A DNA stretch of 64,000 nt. Origin: Camelus dromedarius. Taxonomy: Eukaryota. The position numbers and the translations under genes are program-made. The notes beneath the pieces are model-generated. The model was given only the letters and a program-made list of their open reading frames with translations. It had not been told where the DNA came from and did no database searches. Location: positions 52,020,001 to 52,084,000 of the forward strand of contig NC_087436.1 of the NCBI RefSeq assembly GCF_036321535.1, read 5' to 3'. This document shows positions 26,295 to 39,021 of this stretch, in pieces (within the stretch, counting starts at the first letter, position 1; each line of letters begins with the position of its first letter).

Positions 26295-26646
26295 TGCTAT
26301 GGACTGAATGTTACATTTTGAAGCCTTCATCCCCAGTGTGATGTTATTTGGAGGTGACGTTTTGGGAGGGAATTAGATTTTAGATGAGTCCTGAGGGTGG
26401 ACCTCACATAACAGGATTAGTGCCCTTAAAGCAAGAGAAAGAGATGGGAAGCCTTCTCTCATTCCTCCACGTGGGGATACAGAGGAAGATGGGCATCTGC
26501 AAACTAGGAGTAGAGCCCTCGTAAGCACTGGATATGCCAGCACCTTGATTTTGGACTTTTCAGCCTCCAGAGCTGTGAGAAATAAATGTTTGCTCTTTAA
26601 GCGCCAGCTTAAGGTATTTTGTAATAGCAGCCTGAACTAAGATACA
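26295..26646 (+). mobile_element. MaLR LTR, MLT1A-like, solo
   Basis: TGCTATGGACTGAATG...ggattagtgccctt...cagcctccagagctgtgagaAATAAA...gcagcctgaactaagataCA. Confidence 0.85.
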
Positions 26647-26654
26647 ACTCATTT

Positions 26655-27660
26655 GGGAATTCAATTTAACAAACATTTACCTGGTACAGGTGGTGTAGGT
26701 TATACACAAGTGGATAAGACCTGGTCTCTGTCTTTCCAGGGCTCAGAATATAACAAGAAAACTGAATCAGATATTTGCTGAAAGGTACATGCATCAAACT
26801 ATTGGTTAAATGAAAAGCTATAACCTAGATTTATTCAAGCAAATTTACACATATCCAACTGGATAGAGCTAACTTTAAAAAGTTTTCCTACCTTTTAAGT
26901 ATTTCCCTGACAGTGTCCATTGATTATTGTATCACATCTTTGAGTTAAGCTGTTAAAGAGCTCGGATCCTATCTGTCCTGAATGTGGATGGAGAACTGTT
27001 TCAGAAGGTTAGAAATTGCAGACGAAACAGATGAGGTGTGGTCCTTGACTAGAGAACTCAAGATCTACTTGGGAAGTCAGATACATTAATAGATAATTAC
27101 TATAAAATTTGTTAAGAACTAATGGAGGTGCCTGTAAATTATTATGGGAACTCAGAAAAAGGAATGCAGGGAATCCAGAAGAGTCTTGACAGGTTGCATG
27201 ATATTTGAACTGGAGCATCTGTGGTAAGTGAAATTTTACCATGTGAAAAAGCTAGCAGAGGTTATTCTGGGCAGAGACAACAGCATATTAAAGACACTGA
27301 CTTTTTTTTTTTTTTTTTTTTGTAAAATGGGAAGGCATGATCTTGGAGGTTGGCTATGGGAAGACAGGGTCTCAGAGGGTGTGAGTGGCTGGGGAGGTGG
27401 GTGGTGAGACAGGTTGGATGGTCAGGGTCAGATATTAGTCTGCCCTAAGCAACACTTAGACGTTCAGTTACTGTTCTGTAGGCACCGAGACGTCGAAAGG
27501 GTTTTGGAGCAGGGGAGTTATGCAATCAAATCTGCGGCCAGAATAGCATCCGGATGAGATGAGTCAAGTGAGCTGGGAGGAACCCCTGGGAGTGGAGTTG
27601 ATCAGGAACCTTTCACACTGGTCCGAGGGGGCCACGGTGATGGCTTTGTCAGAGTAGGAG
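26655..27660 (-). mobile_element. L2 fragments
   Basis: attcaatttaacaaacatttac..., tctgggcagagacaacagc..., gggttttggagcaggggagttatgcaatc. Confidence 0.6.
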
Positions 27661-28657
27661 AACTGAATCTGATTTTGAGTACAGGACCTTTCAGAAATGA
27701 TAGTAAACATTGATCTTAAAATGTCTGATGAGTTTGTATTTAATTTCTACTGAGGACTTCTTGAGTATAGCAGGATGATTTATGCAGGGATCCAGTTTAC
27801 TCCATCGCTCCTTCGAGTTCTCTTACTCTCCTGTTTTCCCTTTGACTTAGCACAGAAAATTTCCCTCATTTATAACACAGAAGCAGACCAGGAGCTTAGG
27901 TCTTTGAACAGAATGATTTAGAACTCATTTTCTGCTCTCTGGGCCTAGGGGATAGGCCAGCATCAGCTGGGCAAACTGCTAATCTCTCCGCTCTGTCTGT
28001 TTCCTGCGGTGGGGGATCTGTCCCTCGGGCAGTGAAGGATTCCCTCAGTGGCTGTGTCTGCCATTTAGCATGTCAGGCAGTTGCCAGGAGAACCCTCTGG
28101 CTTTGTTCCTGGATGTGAGAGTGAGCCAGTGGCCAAGTTTAAGGTCATGGCATTCCTTCCCTTACAGCAGCTGACGTCAATTAGGAGAATTCCCCATGCC
28201 TTTACTCCGGGGAGAGTCAAGTGGGGGTGAGAATCCAGAGTCTTTTGAGAACTAAAAGATCAGTGTCTAGTCTCCTCGTTCTGTCATTTGTCACTATCAG
28301 AGCAACGTGGCCTTAGTTTATATGGGGATAAAATATGACTCCTGGGGCATTTTGCCCACTTGTGATTTCAGTGGCCAAGGCTTTAGGGCCTGCCTTGCAG
28401 CCAGAGGCCTATTTTGGTACCCAGCCCACTGCTGGCAGATCAGCACATTTCAGGCCCGGCCTGTGGCCACAGCACACCAGTTTGATGTTCTTATTCCCCT
28501 TAATTTGGACCCTTGATTTAAAAAAAAAAAAAGATAACAGTCAGATGAAAGGTCATTAGAGAGCCTGTGTCTTTTCCCTTATCTGTTTTCCTCCCTGGTT
28601 TCTCAAGGTTGGTCTTAGGAAACCCATCTTCCAAATGAGAAAAGGGCGTCTCAGAGA

Positions 28658-28826
28658 GTTGTGTTTCTCAGACTTGAGCGTGGATCAGAATTGCCGGAAA
28701 GGCTTCATAAAACCCAGATTGCTGAGTCCCACCTCCAGAGTTTCTGATTCCGTGGGTCTGGAGTAGGGCCTGAGAACTTGATGAGAATGATACCCTTGAC
28801 CCGGGACCCCACTGTGGGAACGACTG
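28658..28826 (-). mobile_element. MER5A-like MITE
   Basis: cagattgctgagtcccacctccagagtttctgattccgtgggtctggagtagggcctgaga, the reverse orientation of MER5A. Confidence 0.7.
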
Positions 28827-29699
28827 GTTGAAGTAACTGGCCTGACGTCTCAGAGCTAGTACGCTGAAGACCTTGCTCTGAAAAGGCATCTATCTACATA
28901 ACAGATGCTCAGCTGTTCCACTCTGTTACCTGTGCAGTGCATGTAATATACATATACTGCATTCTACCTCTGCATTAGGTTGAAAAGATCAGTTGTTTCA
29001 GTTCAAATTTGGCTGGAATTTGTTCTTGCTCATTACTGAAGAAAACATACTAAATAAGCATGCTGTTAAAGGTTCTCAAGAAAGAGAGGGAGTAAATTAT
29101 TTTGCCTCTTGATTATAATTTACTATATTTTAAATAAAAACATTTTGCTGTTACTCAAGGGGGGAAGACCAAACAAGAGTGCTTAGCATATTTGGGACAG
29201 AGAGTTTATGTAGTTTTTCCCAGTGAGAAACCTGTGTAGTCCTTGTCTTTATAGACTCTTTGAGAGTTGATGTAGAAAGCTCCTGCTGGGACAATTTATA
29301 AAGGAAAACAGGGTCAAAAGCATCTTTCAGTGAATTGTGTGGGAGTGAAGACAATATTATATTAAGAATCGCTGAACGTCAGGAATTCAGCACTTGTATG
29401 TAGTGTACAAGTCAGTAATAATGTAACCGCAATAAACATGTAACAGCATCCAGAGGAGACTTTTGACAGTCATTACAATTATATCATAATTACATGAACA
29501 TAGATTTTGCTTTAAGACACACTGTACTCTGTCCTTTTCAATTTGCTGTAAGTCAGTACTTTTTACAAATAGTTGAGTGTTTAAGGGCAGTAGATAATAA
29601 TTGTTTTTTTGTAGCTTTCAAGGACTTAATTTTGTTGTAAGGCTAACATTTAAAGTTCTTGGGGTTTTTTGCCAGTTACCATTGTAACACTGTACTTTT

Positions 29700-29855
29700 T
29701 AACTCTGAGTTCTCATACAATTCTATGAAGGAGGTGCTGTGATCAGCTCAGTTTTACAAATGAGGAAACTGAAGCTCAGTGAAATTGAGTATTGTACCTA
29801 AGGTGACTGAGCTAGAAAGTGCCAGAATCAGTATTAAAACCCAGGCAGTTCCACT
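29700..29855 (-). mobile_element. MIR SINE
   Basis: ttttacaaatgaggaaactgaagctcag...ctagaaagtgccagaatcag...aacccaggcagt. Confidence 0.75.
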
Positions 29856-29950
29856 GTGTCTATTCCCATTTTATTTGTGGCTAGAAGTTAATTTTACAGG
29901 TCCATGAAATCGTTAAATCTGTGAGTAGCCACGCAGTGTAGCATTTAACT

Positions 29951-30100
29951 ATAGTTGACCCTTGTACAACCAGGGATTTCGGGGTACTGATTCTTCAGAG
30001 TTGAAAACGTACATATAACTTATAGTTGGCCCTACGTATATATGTGGTTTTGCACCCCTAGATTCAGCCAACCTCAGATCATCTAGTGTTGTAGTTCTTG
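29951..30100 (+). mobile_element. MER8/Tigger2-type TcMar fragment
   Basis: agttgacccttgtacaac...tataacttatagttggccct...gattcagccaacc; right terminal repeat not seen. Confidence 0.7.
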
Positions 30101-33100
30101 GTATCCGTCTGAAGTGGAGGGTTTTGGACAAATGAGATACTGGATAAATATATAAGCCATCAGAAGCAGTTTCTTATAGAACAGTCTGTGGTTTAGTTAG
30201 TGGATTAGTAAGAGAATAATATTCAGTTTTGAGTCAGCTGCTTTACCACTATTTAACATGGTATCTTCATATATAAAATGTATTATTAAAATATTAACTA
30301 AATACTTCTATTGTCACATCCTGCTAATGTTAAAATATGTTCCCTGAGAGAAGACCTTTAGTTCAGTCTTGGCTTTGCTTTTGTCTTGGGGCGGGGGGTG
30401 GTCACATCGCTTTTTCTTCTATTTTGTCCGGCTCTCCCCAGGATCATGGAGTGAGCATCACCTCGTGAAGTAACGTGAAATCCACAGAACGGTTTGAGAC
30501 CTAAGTCAGTCTGTTGAGGAGGAGGGGAAAAAAAGCTCTCAAAAAAGTCCAGTGTTCTTTTCCTTATATTAAACTCTAAAAGGTGTGTGTAAAACACTGT
30601 ATATATACATAAACCTAATTCAAGAATAAATTACAAACTGGTAACAAGTCTCCTTTAAGTTACTTTTATCACATGAAAATAACATTTCTAGTAAAATGTG
30701 TTTTGTAAAAATAGGATATTACTGATTATGTGATGGTAGGAAAAACCAACCAACAAATCCCACACCCAGGGGATAATCGAGTCTGTTTCGGAGATTTTTA
30801 TGAAACAGCATTGTATGTTAATATTCTGAACATGATTTCAATTCCTGCTCCCAGATGGTTACTTTTTGGCTCCGGTTTGGTGTATGATATGCTTCTCTGT
30901 AATTAATTCCCATTCATATTTGACACTGCGGTCCAGGTACCAGCCGGTTTTAGGCATGGCAGCATTGTTTCATTCAGTTCCTCAAAATATTTAAGGTTTG
31001 GACACCAAGGCCTTTGAACTTCAACTTCATGAGAGTCATATATGTAGGTGAAAGGAAACTTGACCTGTTTTATTTTTTCTATAAGCTTTTCTTCTTAATA
31101 TTTTTCTTTGTAATGCTCTCTGCTCTGTCTTTTTTCACATTTACAATAAACGAAGCCCTCTGATAGAGTAAAACTAGGATTAGTAGAAAGAAAAATGTAG
31201 GTAGTAATGTAAGAAACACAAAAATATTAGCCAAACTTTAAAATAAAGATTGATGTCAAGGTCACCATTTTATTTATAGTGCCTTTCTTTTCAGATTCAT
31301 GTATTTTGGTTATATTCAGGACTGTTATTGTTGGGTTCTTTGGAGTTTATTAGTGTCAGACATTTTAATATTAAAAAAATCTATTTGGAATTTATGAATT
31401 TGATTCCATTTCAGAAACTCAGTTAACTCACAGTCTCTGAATGTGCTGTTGGATTTAAGATGCCATCTGGTGGTATGCGTTTAAAACATCTAGTTCTGCT
31501 TTTACCTGCCATCAGAATCTTATATCCTTTACTGCTTATGATGGAGAATATTTTTGAAATGACTTCCAAAGACTTTTGTTTCCATTCCAAACAAAAGATC
31601 CTTTGTACATTACTTACTGTTTTCTTAAAGTAATATGCATGTTTGCTTTGGTCTTTATTAGCATAATCTGATTCTTTCTTTATACAACATTGACTTTGAA
31701 AATTAGGCTCCCATTTCAAGAACTCAGTTTAGTTCGGAGAAATTTGTAGATATTCAGCATCCCTTTTAAAATCCTAATTACATATGGTTTTTATTTAGTT
31801 TTTATATGGTAACATTTGATTGGCCATTTGAATATGTGATGAAGAGGAGATTATCAGATAATCATAAATATGGAACAGAAATTCTTCATTTGAAATTCTC
31901 TACCTCATGTTTTAAACATTAAAGGCCAACTCCTTCAAAGGTGGACTTTAGCTTAATCTTAAGTACTGATTTTTTTTTCACTTTCTTCAAGAGATAAGCT
32001 GGTAATACTTATTAAATATATATCAAAGCTAGGTGGAAATTAGAAAGTAAATTGTGTGCATTACTGATGTAAAATATTCCTTCCACTTAAGAATCTGAAT
32101 TAAGGAAATGTTAAATTACGTGAGTTTTTTTAGGCCCTTTCAAAGTTACTTGTGGCTGGTTAGCTTATTAAGGATATGGTGGCAGTGAGCCAGTTTATAG
32201 ATTCTTTCCCCACTGTGGTCTGTTTAGCAGTCTCTGATCATCACTCAAACTTCTGCCTAGCCAGTTTCACTGAAGGAAAATAATCAAGAAGAATGGTGTG
32301 AAAAGAGGTGAGAAAAGATGGAGTGATTTCCTCTCTGCTGTGCAGTTCACTTGAGGTGCATACCCTAGACAGTGAGACAGTGAGTTTATTTTCATCCTAC
32401 GTAGGGTGGTATCAGGATTAAAAAATCATGGCCCTCTAGATTAGCATCCGGGATCTGCAAGTTCCTAGCTGTTACCAATGGACAAGTTAGTTCACCTCCG
32501 TAAACCTCATCTCTCTCGTCTTTGAAGAAATGGGGTGTTAGTCTCAGGCCAGTCACTCAGATAAAGTGAAATGCTGCAGCCACGGCACGTAGATAGAACA
32601 AGTGCCCAGCAAATAGCAGCTGCCTTGTTCCCATTGCTGCAGCCCTCTTTTTCATGGCTATTACTGTTGCTCTGCAGCTAATACTGCAACCCTCAGTTCT
32701 GTTCCAGTGTTCAGTGATCAGGAGCACAGAGAGCTTTTAACTAGATTAATTTGGCTCTTGTAGCAGACACTGCATTTCCCCTTTTGTAGGGATGTAAATA
32801 AGTCCTGAGAGGGCTGTGGAATGAAGGAGGGAGCAGACAGGTCCTTGTGCCTACAGCTCTCCACTACCCATCCTTTCTAAGTTGCAGATGAGTTTTAATT
32901 TTAATTAATGAAAAATAAACTTTGTTTTCATGGTCATGAGGTCGGTATATCAATTAGCGATAAGAAAATGAAAAATATGGTTTTTACAAACCTGTGTAAC
33001 ATGGGCTAAGATGTCTTTTAAAATTAGAAGTGACTGACCAAATATGGGAGGGTGGGCCTTGCTCAAATGTCCCACATCAAAATAATAATTCTTCATATCT

Positions 33101-33177
33101 GATGGCTGAGCCTCATTCTGACACAAATGCCTTTTCATTTCAAATTTGGGTGATTAGCGTTTGTAAAAAAAAAAAAT

Positions 33178-33823
33178 AGAATTCCCTCTGCTGTACAGTA
33201 AATATATATAAATTGTATATAGTGGTACATATCTGTTAATTCCAAACTCCTAATTTATCTTACCTCCCCACCTTCCCCCTTTGGTAACCATAAGTTTGTT
33301 TTCTATGTCTGTGAGCCTGTTTCTGTTTTGTAAATGAGTTCATTTGTATTATTTTTTAGATTCCACATATAAGTGATACCATGTATTGTCTTTCTCTGAC
33401 TTACTTCACACAGTACAATCATCTCTGGATCCATTCATGTTGCGGAAAAATGGCAATATTGCATTCTTTTTCATGTCTGAGTAACATTGCATTGTATACA
33501 TACACCACATCTTCCTTATCCATTCATCTGTTGATGGACATTTAGGTTGCTACTATGTCTTGGCTATTGTAAATAATGCTGCTTGTGAACATTGGGGTGT
33601 GTGTATCTTTTTGAATTAGAGTTTTCATCTTTTCCAGATATATGCCCAGGAGTGAGATTTTTGGATTATAAGGTGACTCTATTTTTAGTTTTTTAAGACA
33701 CCTCCTTCCTGTTCTTCACAGTGGCTGCACCAATTTACATTCCCACCAGCAGTGTAGGAGGGTTCCCTTTTCTCCACACCCTCTCCAGCATTTATTATTT
33801 GAAGACTTTTTGATGATGGCCAT
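33178..33823 (-). mobile_element. L1 fragment: end of ORF2 plus part of the 3' UTR
   Basis: Minus strand from 33823 reads [35 protein letters not shown], the L1 ORF2p C-terminal CCHC region, followed by degenerate ORF2 end and 3' UTR. Confidence 0.92.
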
Positions 33824-34279
33824 GGGTGGTTGACTTCTTAAATAACAATTCATAGAACTACCAACAAACTGTAGATTATCTGAAGTTTACAATCCCAAAT
33901 AATGTGCCATTGTCAATATCTCTCTGACATTCAAATCAGAAAAATGCGACAGAGGTTTCTAGTGATTGTAGTTTTCTCCCACTGGCCACCCTAGGGCCAA
34001 AAATCAGTAATATATGGAGTTTATCCTATGTGTAAGACAAATAACATACATTGACACATTAAGATGATTCAGATATTTTTTAAGTTTTCATTTATTGGCT
34101 ATGCACCGTGATGTAGGCACTGTGGTAAATAATCACATACATACACTGGTGTCCGTTGCAGTTAGAATCAGGTTGCAAATCCCTAGATGGTTTAGAAAGT
34201 CTTGAGTATTCCATTCCCCATACATGTCTTCAGTTTCATCCAAGACCTGCTTCTCAGTATTTTCTGTGACCTGTCTACA

Positions 34280-34685
34280 CTGGCATTCTTTCATTCCTTG
34301 AATGCACCTCCACCTTCCCTTTCAATAAGAGACTTGCCACATGCTGTTCCTTCTTTCTAAAATTCCCCTGATACTCCCCCTCCCTATACATACACCCAAT
34401 AATCTTGAATAGTTAAATTTCAGCTTAAGTGTCACTTCATTAGTTCTTTGGGGAAGCCTTCCCTGACTTACCCAATTATAGTAAGTACCATGTACCTTTT
34501 TTTCAAACTGTTTATCTTAGTAATGATATTATGTTATTTGTGTGATCATTGTGTGATCTCTTCCTCACTAGATGGTCAATTTCATGAGGGTAGACCTTTT
34601 GTCTGCTTTTGGCTACCATTTTGTCCTCAGCATCTAGAAAAGGGAGTGCCTCTTGGTGGATATCCATTAATATTTGTCAAATGAA
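34280..34685 (+). mobile_element. L2 3' fragment
   Basis: catgctgttccttct...gggaagccttccctgac...cactagatggtcaatttcatgaggg...aatatttgtcaaatgaa. Confidence 0.7.
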
Positions 34686-34749
34686 GTGATGCTTGCATTA
34701 TCTCAGTTTATAAAGTTTATTAACATTTCTTATGACCATACATACCATA

Positions 34750-35119
34750 TGTCAAAGAGAACCAGAACCAGGCATCAATTAAAGTAGTAAAAACAGATTT
34801 TATACTGAACCATTGCAGTAGGAGAAAAGAGACTTCAGAGGAGAACCAGATTCAGTTTAGCATATAATCAGGACGAGTGGGAATTCACAGCCAAAGAGTA
34901 GGACAAGGGGTTCAGTGGATGGAAAATTACTAAGAGGTGATATCAAGGGTAGGAAGATCCTACTGAATGAAGACAAGTTAAGGTGATCAGATACCAAGGA
35001 TGGCTGAATTCTTCCTATAACTGAACTAGGCAGGCTGAAGACAGGGCCTAAGGTTGGGGCTTTGGTGAAAGGCTCAGACAAGCCTTTCTAAAGTTTGGTC
35101 AAGGAGAGTGTTTTTGTCA
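34750..35119 (-). mobile_element. ERV1 LTR, MER31/MER67-like; 3' LTR of a truncated provirus
   Basis: Minus strand starts TGACAAAAACACTCTCCTTGACCAAACTTTAG and ends ...CTCTTTGACA (TG...CA); contains CTTAGTAATTTTCCATCCACTGA. Immediately preceded on the minus strand by a purine tract AATAAGAGGAGGGAC (35120-35134). Confidence 0.85.
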
Positions 35120-36500
35120 GTCCCTCCTCTTATTAAAGGAAGGAAGAAACATTTTGTTTCTCTCTGAACAATGTAAGTCTATTTTTTGTTCGTCACCTTT
35201 TGTTTGTCAAGGACCAACCGGACCATTTGTTGAGACATGGCGACGGTTGCCAACTGCTGTACTGTGTAACCCAGACATTTAGTGAGAGGGATCCTGTTAG
35301 GAAGATAAAAAGACGAATTATAGACCAGATCAATCTATGTGCCCAACTTCATAGGCTTTCAGGGATTCACCAGAAGAATTCCCAGAACCTGCCATCTTTC
35401 CTGCAATGAATTTTTCATTTGCCTCGTGAACCTTCCTGTTATGACAGAGACATCAGTTACATTCCTGGGACAAAGGTGCAGAAGTCACTTCCCTCCCTAT
35501 CCAGGGTGATACAGTTTTAGATGACAGTGTTCTGGCTTTCTTGTAATTGCAAGTCACAGATTTGAGGTCAGTGGTGATGCTGTCCCAGGACAATGTGAAC
35601 TGCTTCAGCAGTGAATAGATGATTCTGGCTGAGTCAGTCTTCTTTAGCCAGGCAGTTGATTCTTTAGAGTGATGCCCAACAGGTGGCAAACGTCTCCCCA
35701 AATGTGGTGAGGTCTTGAGTGGAGCTTAGGACCAATTCTGTGGCTGTTTTTTCTATATCAGCTCACCAGGAATGGAGATCACCTATAAGGGGACCTGTAA
35801 TGTCCCAGACTCCTCTCTGGTTTCTACATTGAGAGTGAGGGGAACTGGAGGGGTTGGGTGATTGTCCTAGAGATAGTTCAAGAAGGGAAGAATATTGTGG
35901 AGCATTGACTATGATCAAGGGACTGGTAAGCTTGGTGAGTTAGCAAAGCCAGTGCAGTTGGCTGGTAGCAGCCAAATAGGCTTGGGTTCACAAAGTAAGA
36001 ATTATCAGCAGGTAGCCAGGGGTCATAGAAATTATTGTCCATTAGCAGAGGGTGACCAAACATGGTTTGTGTGTGGTTGGGTCAAATCTGAGAAATTCAG
36101 CTGGAAGAACTAATGGGGACATTTCCATTTGTATGAGGGATGTCTGGGGGACCTGTCACAGATGGGGAGTTTTATGTTGAATTTAGTGATGGCTAGGTAA
36201 TGACAAATGCTCATTTCAAGAAATGGGCCAGGGGTAAAATTATGATGGAAACTAGCATGACCCTTGTGAGGATAGACTGGAATTGGTTTTGGGGTTGATT
36301 CATAATGGGTTATCCAGTTTAGAGTGGTGGAGGGAAAGAGAGGAAATGCTGTAGCCAAATAGGGATTGTGATTGACCAAAAGAATCAGGGAGCTGTCAGA
36401 TGTCCCCTCAGGAAAGGGAGCGCTGTATCAACAGTCTATCCAGTAAGGGTCCAGGGGAGACAGTGTGACTGTATTTATCAGAGAGAGTACATTAAGAGTC
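35120..36500 (-). mobile_element. Degenerate ERV1 internal sequence (env region) attached to the LTR
   Basis: Contiguous with the PPT. Minus strand 35499-35525 reads V-I-*-N-C-I-T-L-D (ISD-like) and 35466-35483 reads F-C-T-F-V-P. Outer boundary approximate; no 5' LTR seen. Confidence 0.65.
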
Positions 36501-36769
36501 AGTGATGATCATGATATTAAATACATTTTTAATGTAAATATGAGGTTTCTTTTTGAGCAGATTTTGATTTTCTGTTTAAGTAAGGCTTATTGCTAAAGCT
36601 ATTAAGTAATTCCCCAGGCTACAGGCAAATAAGAAAAATTGGACATTTGTATAGAAAGTAAAATTGAAATGGAGCATGGATGGGTTCGATCTTGGGTTCT
36701 AAATTTTTTTCAAGGAACTTCTGCATTCTGTATGTTATGGGAATGTTGTCAGGGTAGGACTGTGTCACC

Positions 36770-36985
36770 TGGTGAAAAAAACGTTGGCTCTAGAATCAAA
36801 CAGAGGTAAGTTTTCATCCTGCTGCTGCCAAGTTACCTCACACAGCCCTCTCCATTTACTCATCTGTAGAAATGGTTGAAATAATTTCAAACTTACACTG
36901 CTGTGAGGCTTGAGGCAATGTTTAGAAAGCTCTTCACACAATTCCTGAGACATAGTAGGAACTCTGTAAACAAAAATTATCATTT
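36770..36985 (+). mobile_element. MIR SINE
   Basis: ggctctagaatcaaacaga...ctcatctgtagaaatgg...cctgagacatagtagg. Confidence 0.65.
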
Positions 36986-38150
36986 ATCACCACTAATATT
37001 GATGTTTATACACTCATGCCACCAAACTTTCTGTACATGGATAGATAACTATGTTTATATTTAGTAAGGAAAAAAAGTATTTCTCCCTCTGTACACTGGA
37101 CAATGATGGTCATGGTCATAGTTGTCTTATTTTGTCTGCTAAATTTAACAATCATTTTTGGTAAGAAACATCCAACTCTTGGTGATCTGTTCAGTGCGTA
37201 TTTCATATTTGCTTTTTGGTGCACATCAGAAATCGCAAAAATAATTTTTGGTAGACAATTCAAAAATTCAACTCAAGGAATTTATACAGACTTTTTTCTT
37301 GGCATATTTGGTGTGCTTTCTCATCACGTGAATTCCACCTTTTATCTGACTCATATATGAGTTCCTTGACATTTGTTTTAGTCCCAAAGCGAAGTATGGT
37401 TGTTGTGTTTAAGATCTTCTTGTCATTATCATACTGAAAGAATATCTTTCTCTGAACCTAACACAAAAGGGACGATGGAAATAATGATATTGGTGAAAAG
37501 TATTGTATAAAAGGGGAGGGAAAGAATAAAGGACTGTGAATCAGGAATCCAGAGAGGTAGTGCTGGTTCTAACAACAATTTCTTCCTGTAATTCATGAGA
37601 AGGCTATTCCAGATGATCTCAAAGCCCTTCTCAGTTTTGAGTCTATAAATGTGTTTCTTACTCAAAGTACACATGACATGACTTCAAAACAAATACCATG
37701 ATTAGATGCTTCATTAACTTTATCCGGTTTCCTCCTGCCACCCCTTAAAAACACCTCTGTGTCAAAGTAACTGATAACCCCAACTTTTGTTATTGTGTGA
37801 GTTCACTTCCCACCGTATGATGGTTTCCTGGACATTTCAGAACCCCTGATTCTGAAAGAAAACATTTTGGTGAGTTCTTCAGTAACTAGAATGACCTCTG
37901 TCATTAACAGCCTAATCTGTATTGTTAGAGCTGAAGTTCCCCTACCCTTCCCCACACATGTATTTCTTTTTTCTTTAAAATATAGAAGGGCAGTTTCACC
38001 AACACATTTTTTTCTTTAAGTATATCCTCTTTTCAGTCTTCTACTATAACTAATAGGTTGAATTGACTGCTTTTTAGTTTGAATAATTTTATTGTAGCTA
38101 AAAAAAAGCGTGGTAAAAGGGAGTGGATTTGTGAATTTTAAGTAAAATAT

Positions 38151-39021
38151 TCTGATATATAGCTATGACATAATAAGAAATATATTTTTGGTCCCTGCCC
38201 CAGATTCCTAAACCAGTGCTCCTAAAATCCTTATAACTTCCCAAGTAATGAGAGAGAGAGAAGCATTTTATATAGCGCTACGCTCTTAAATCCCTTGGAA
38301 TTTCCTGGGTGATAGGAGCATCCTTCGTTCTAATGAGACGACTCCTGGTGGGTTCCTGGAGAGCTTCACTCAGGATCAGGCTGGCCACTGGAAAGACCAA
38401 ACCATGATTAGAAGCTTGGAATTTTCAGCCTTAGCCCCCATCGTTGGGGGAAGGGAAAGGCACTAGAGACTGAGTAAATAGTCTACTGTGTCTATGTGAT
38501 GAAGCCGCCATAAAAATTCCTAAACTGCAGGGTTGGGAGAGCATCTAGACAGCGAACACACTCATGTGCTGGGGGGGCGGTGCACCCCAGCTCCTCGGGG
38601 GCAGAAGCTCTTGTGCCCGGGGTCCTTCCAGACCTCACCGTATGTAGGCCTTTATCTGGCTGTTCATCTGTGTCCCTTATAATACCCGATATAACAAACC
38701 AGTAAATATACATAAATGCTTCCCTGCGTTTTGTGAGTCATTCCAGCAAATTAGTGAATGTGGAGTGGGAGTAGGGGGTTGTGGGAGCCCCTGACTTTGT
38801 AACCAAGTCTGACAAAAGTGTAGGTACCCTGGGGAACCATGATTTGCAACTGGCAACTAAAGTGCTCCACTAACTCCAGCTAGTTAGTGTCAGAATTGAA
38901 TTAAATTATAGGACTTAAAGTTGATGTCTGGAGAGTTAGAACATTGGTTGGTACGAGGGAAAAATACCCATGCACGTGTATCAGAAGTGTTGTGAGCAGA
39001 GAAGCAGTTTTCCTTTCATCA
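38151..39021 (+). mobile_element. MER21-family LTR (MER21B/C-like), solo
   Basis: ataataagaaatatatttttggtcc...aatcccttggaatttcctgggtgataggagcat...gaaagaccaaaccatgattagaagcttggaa...ttagtgtcagaattgaattaaatt match the MER21 consensus as recalled. Confidence 0.85.
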
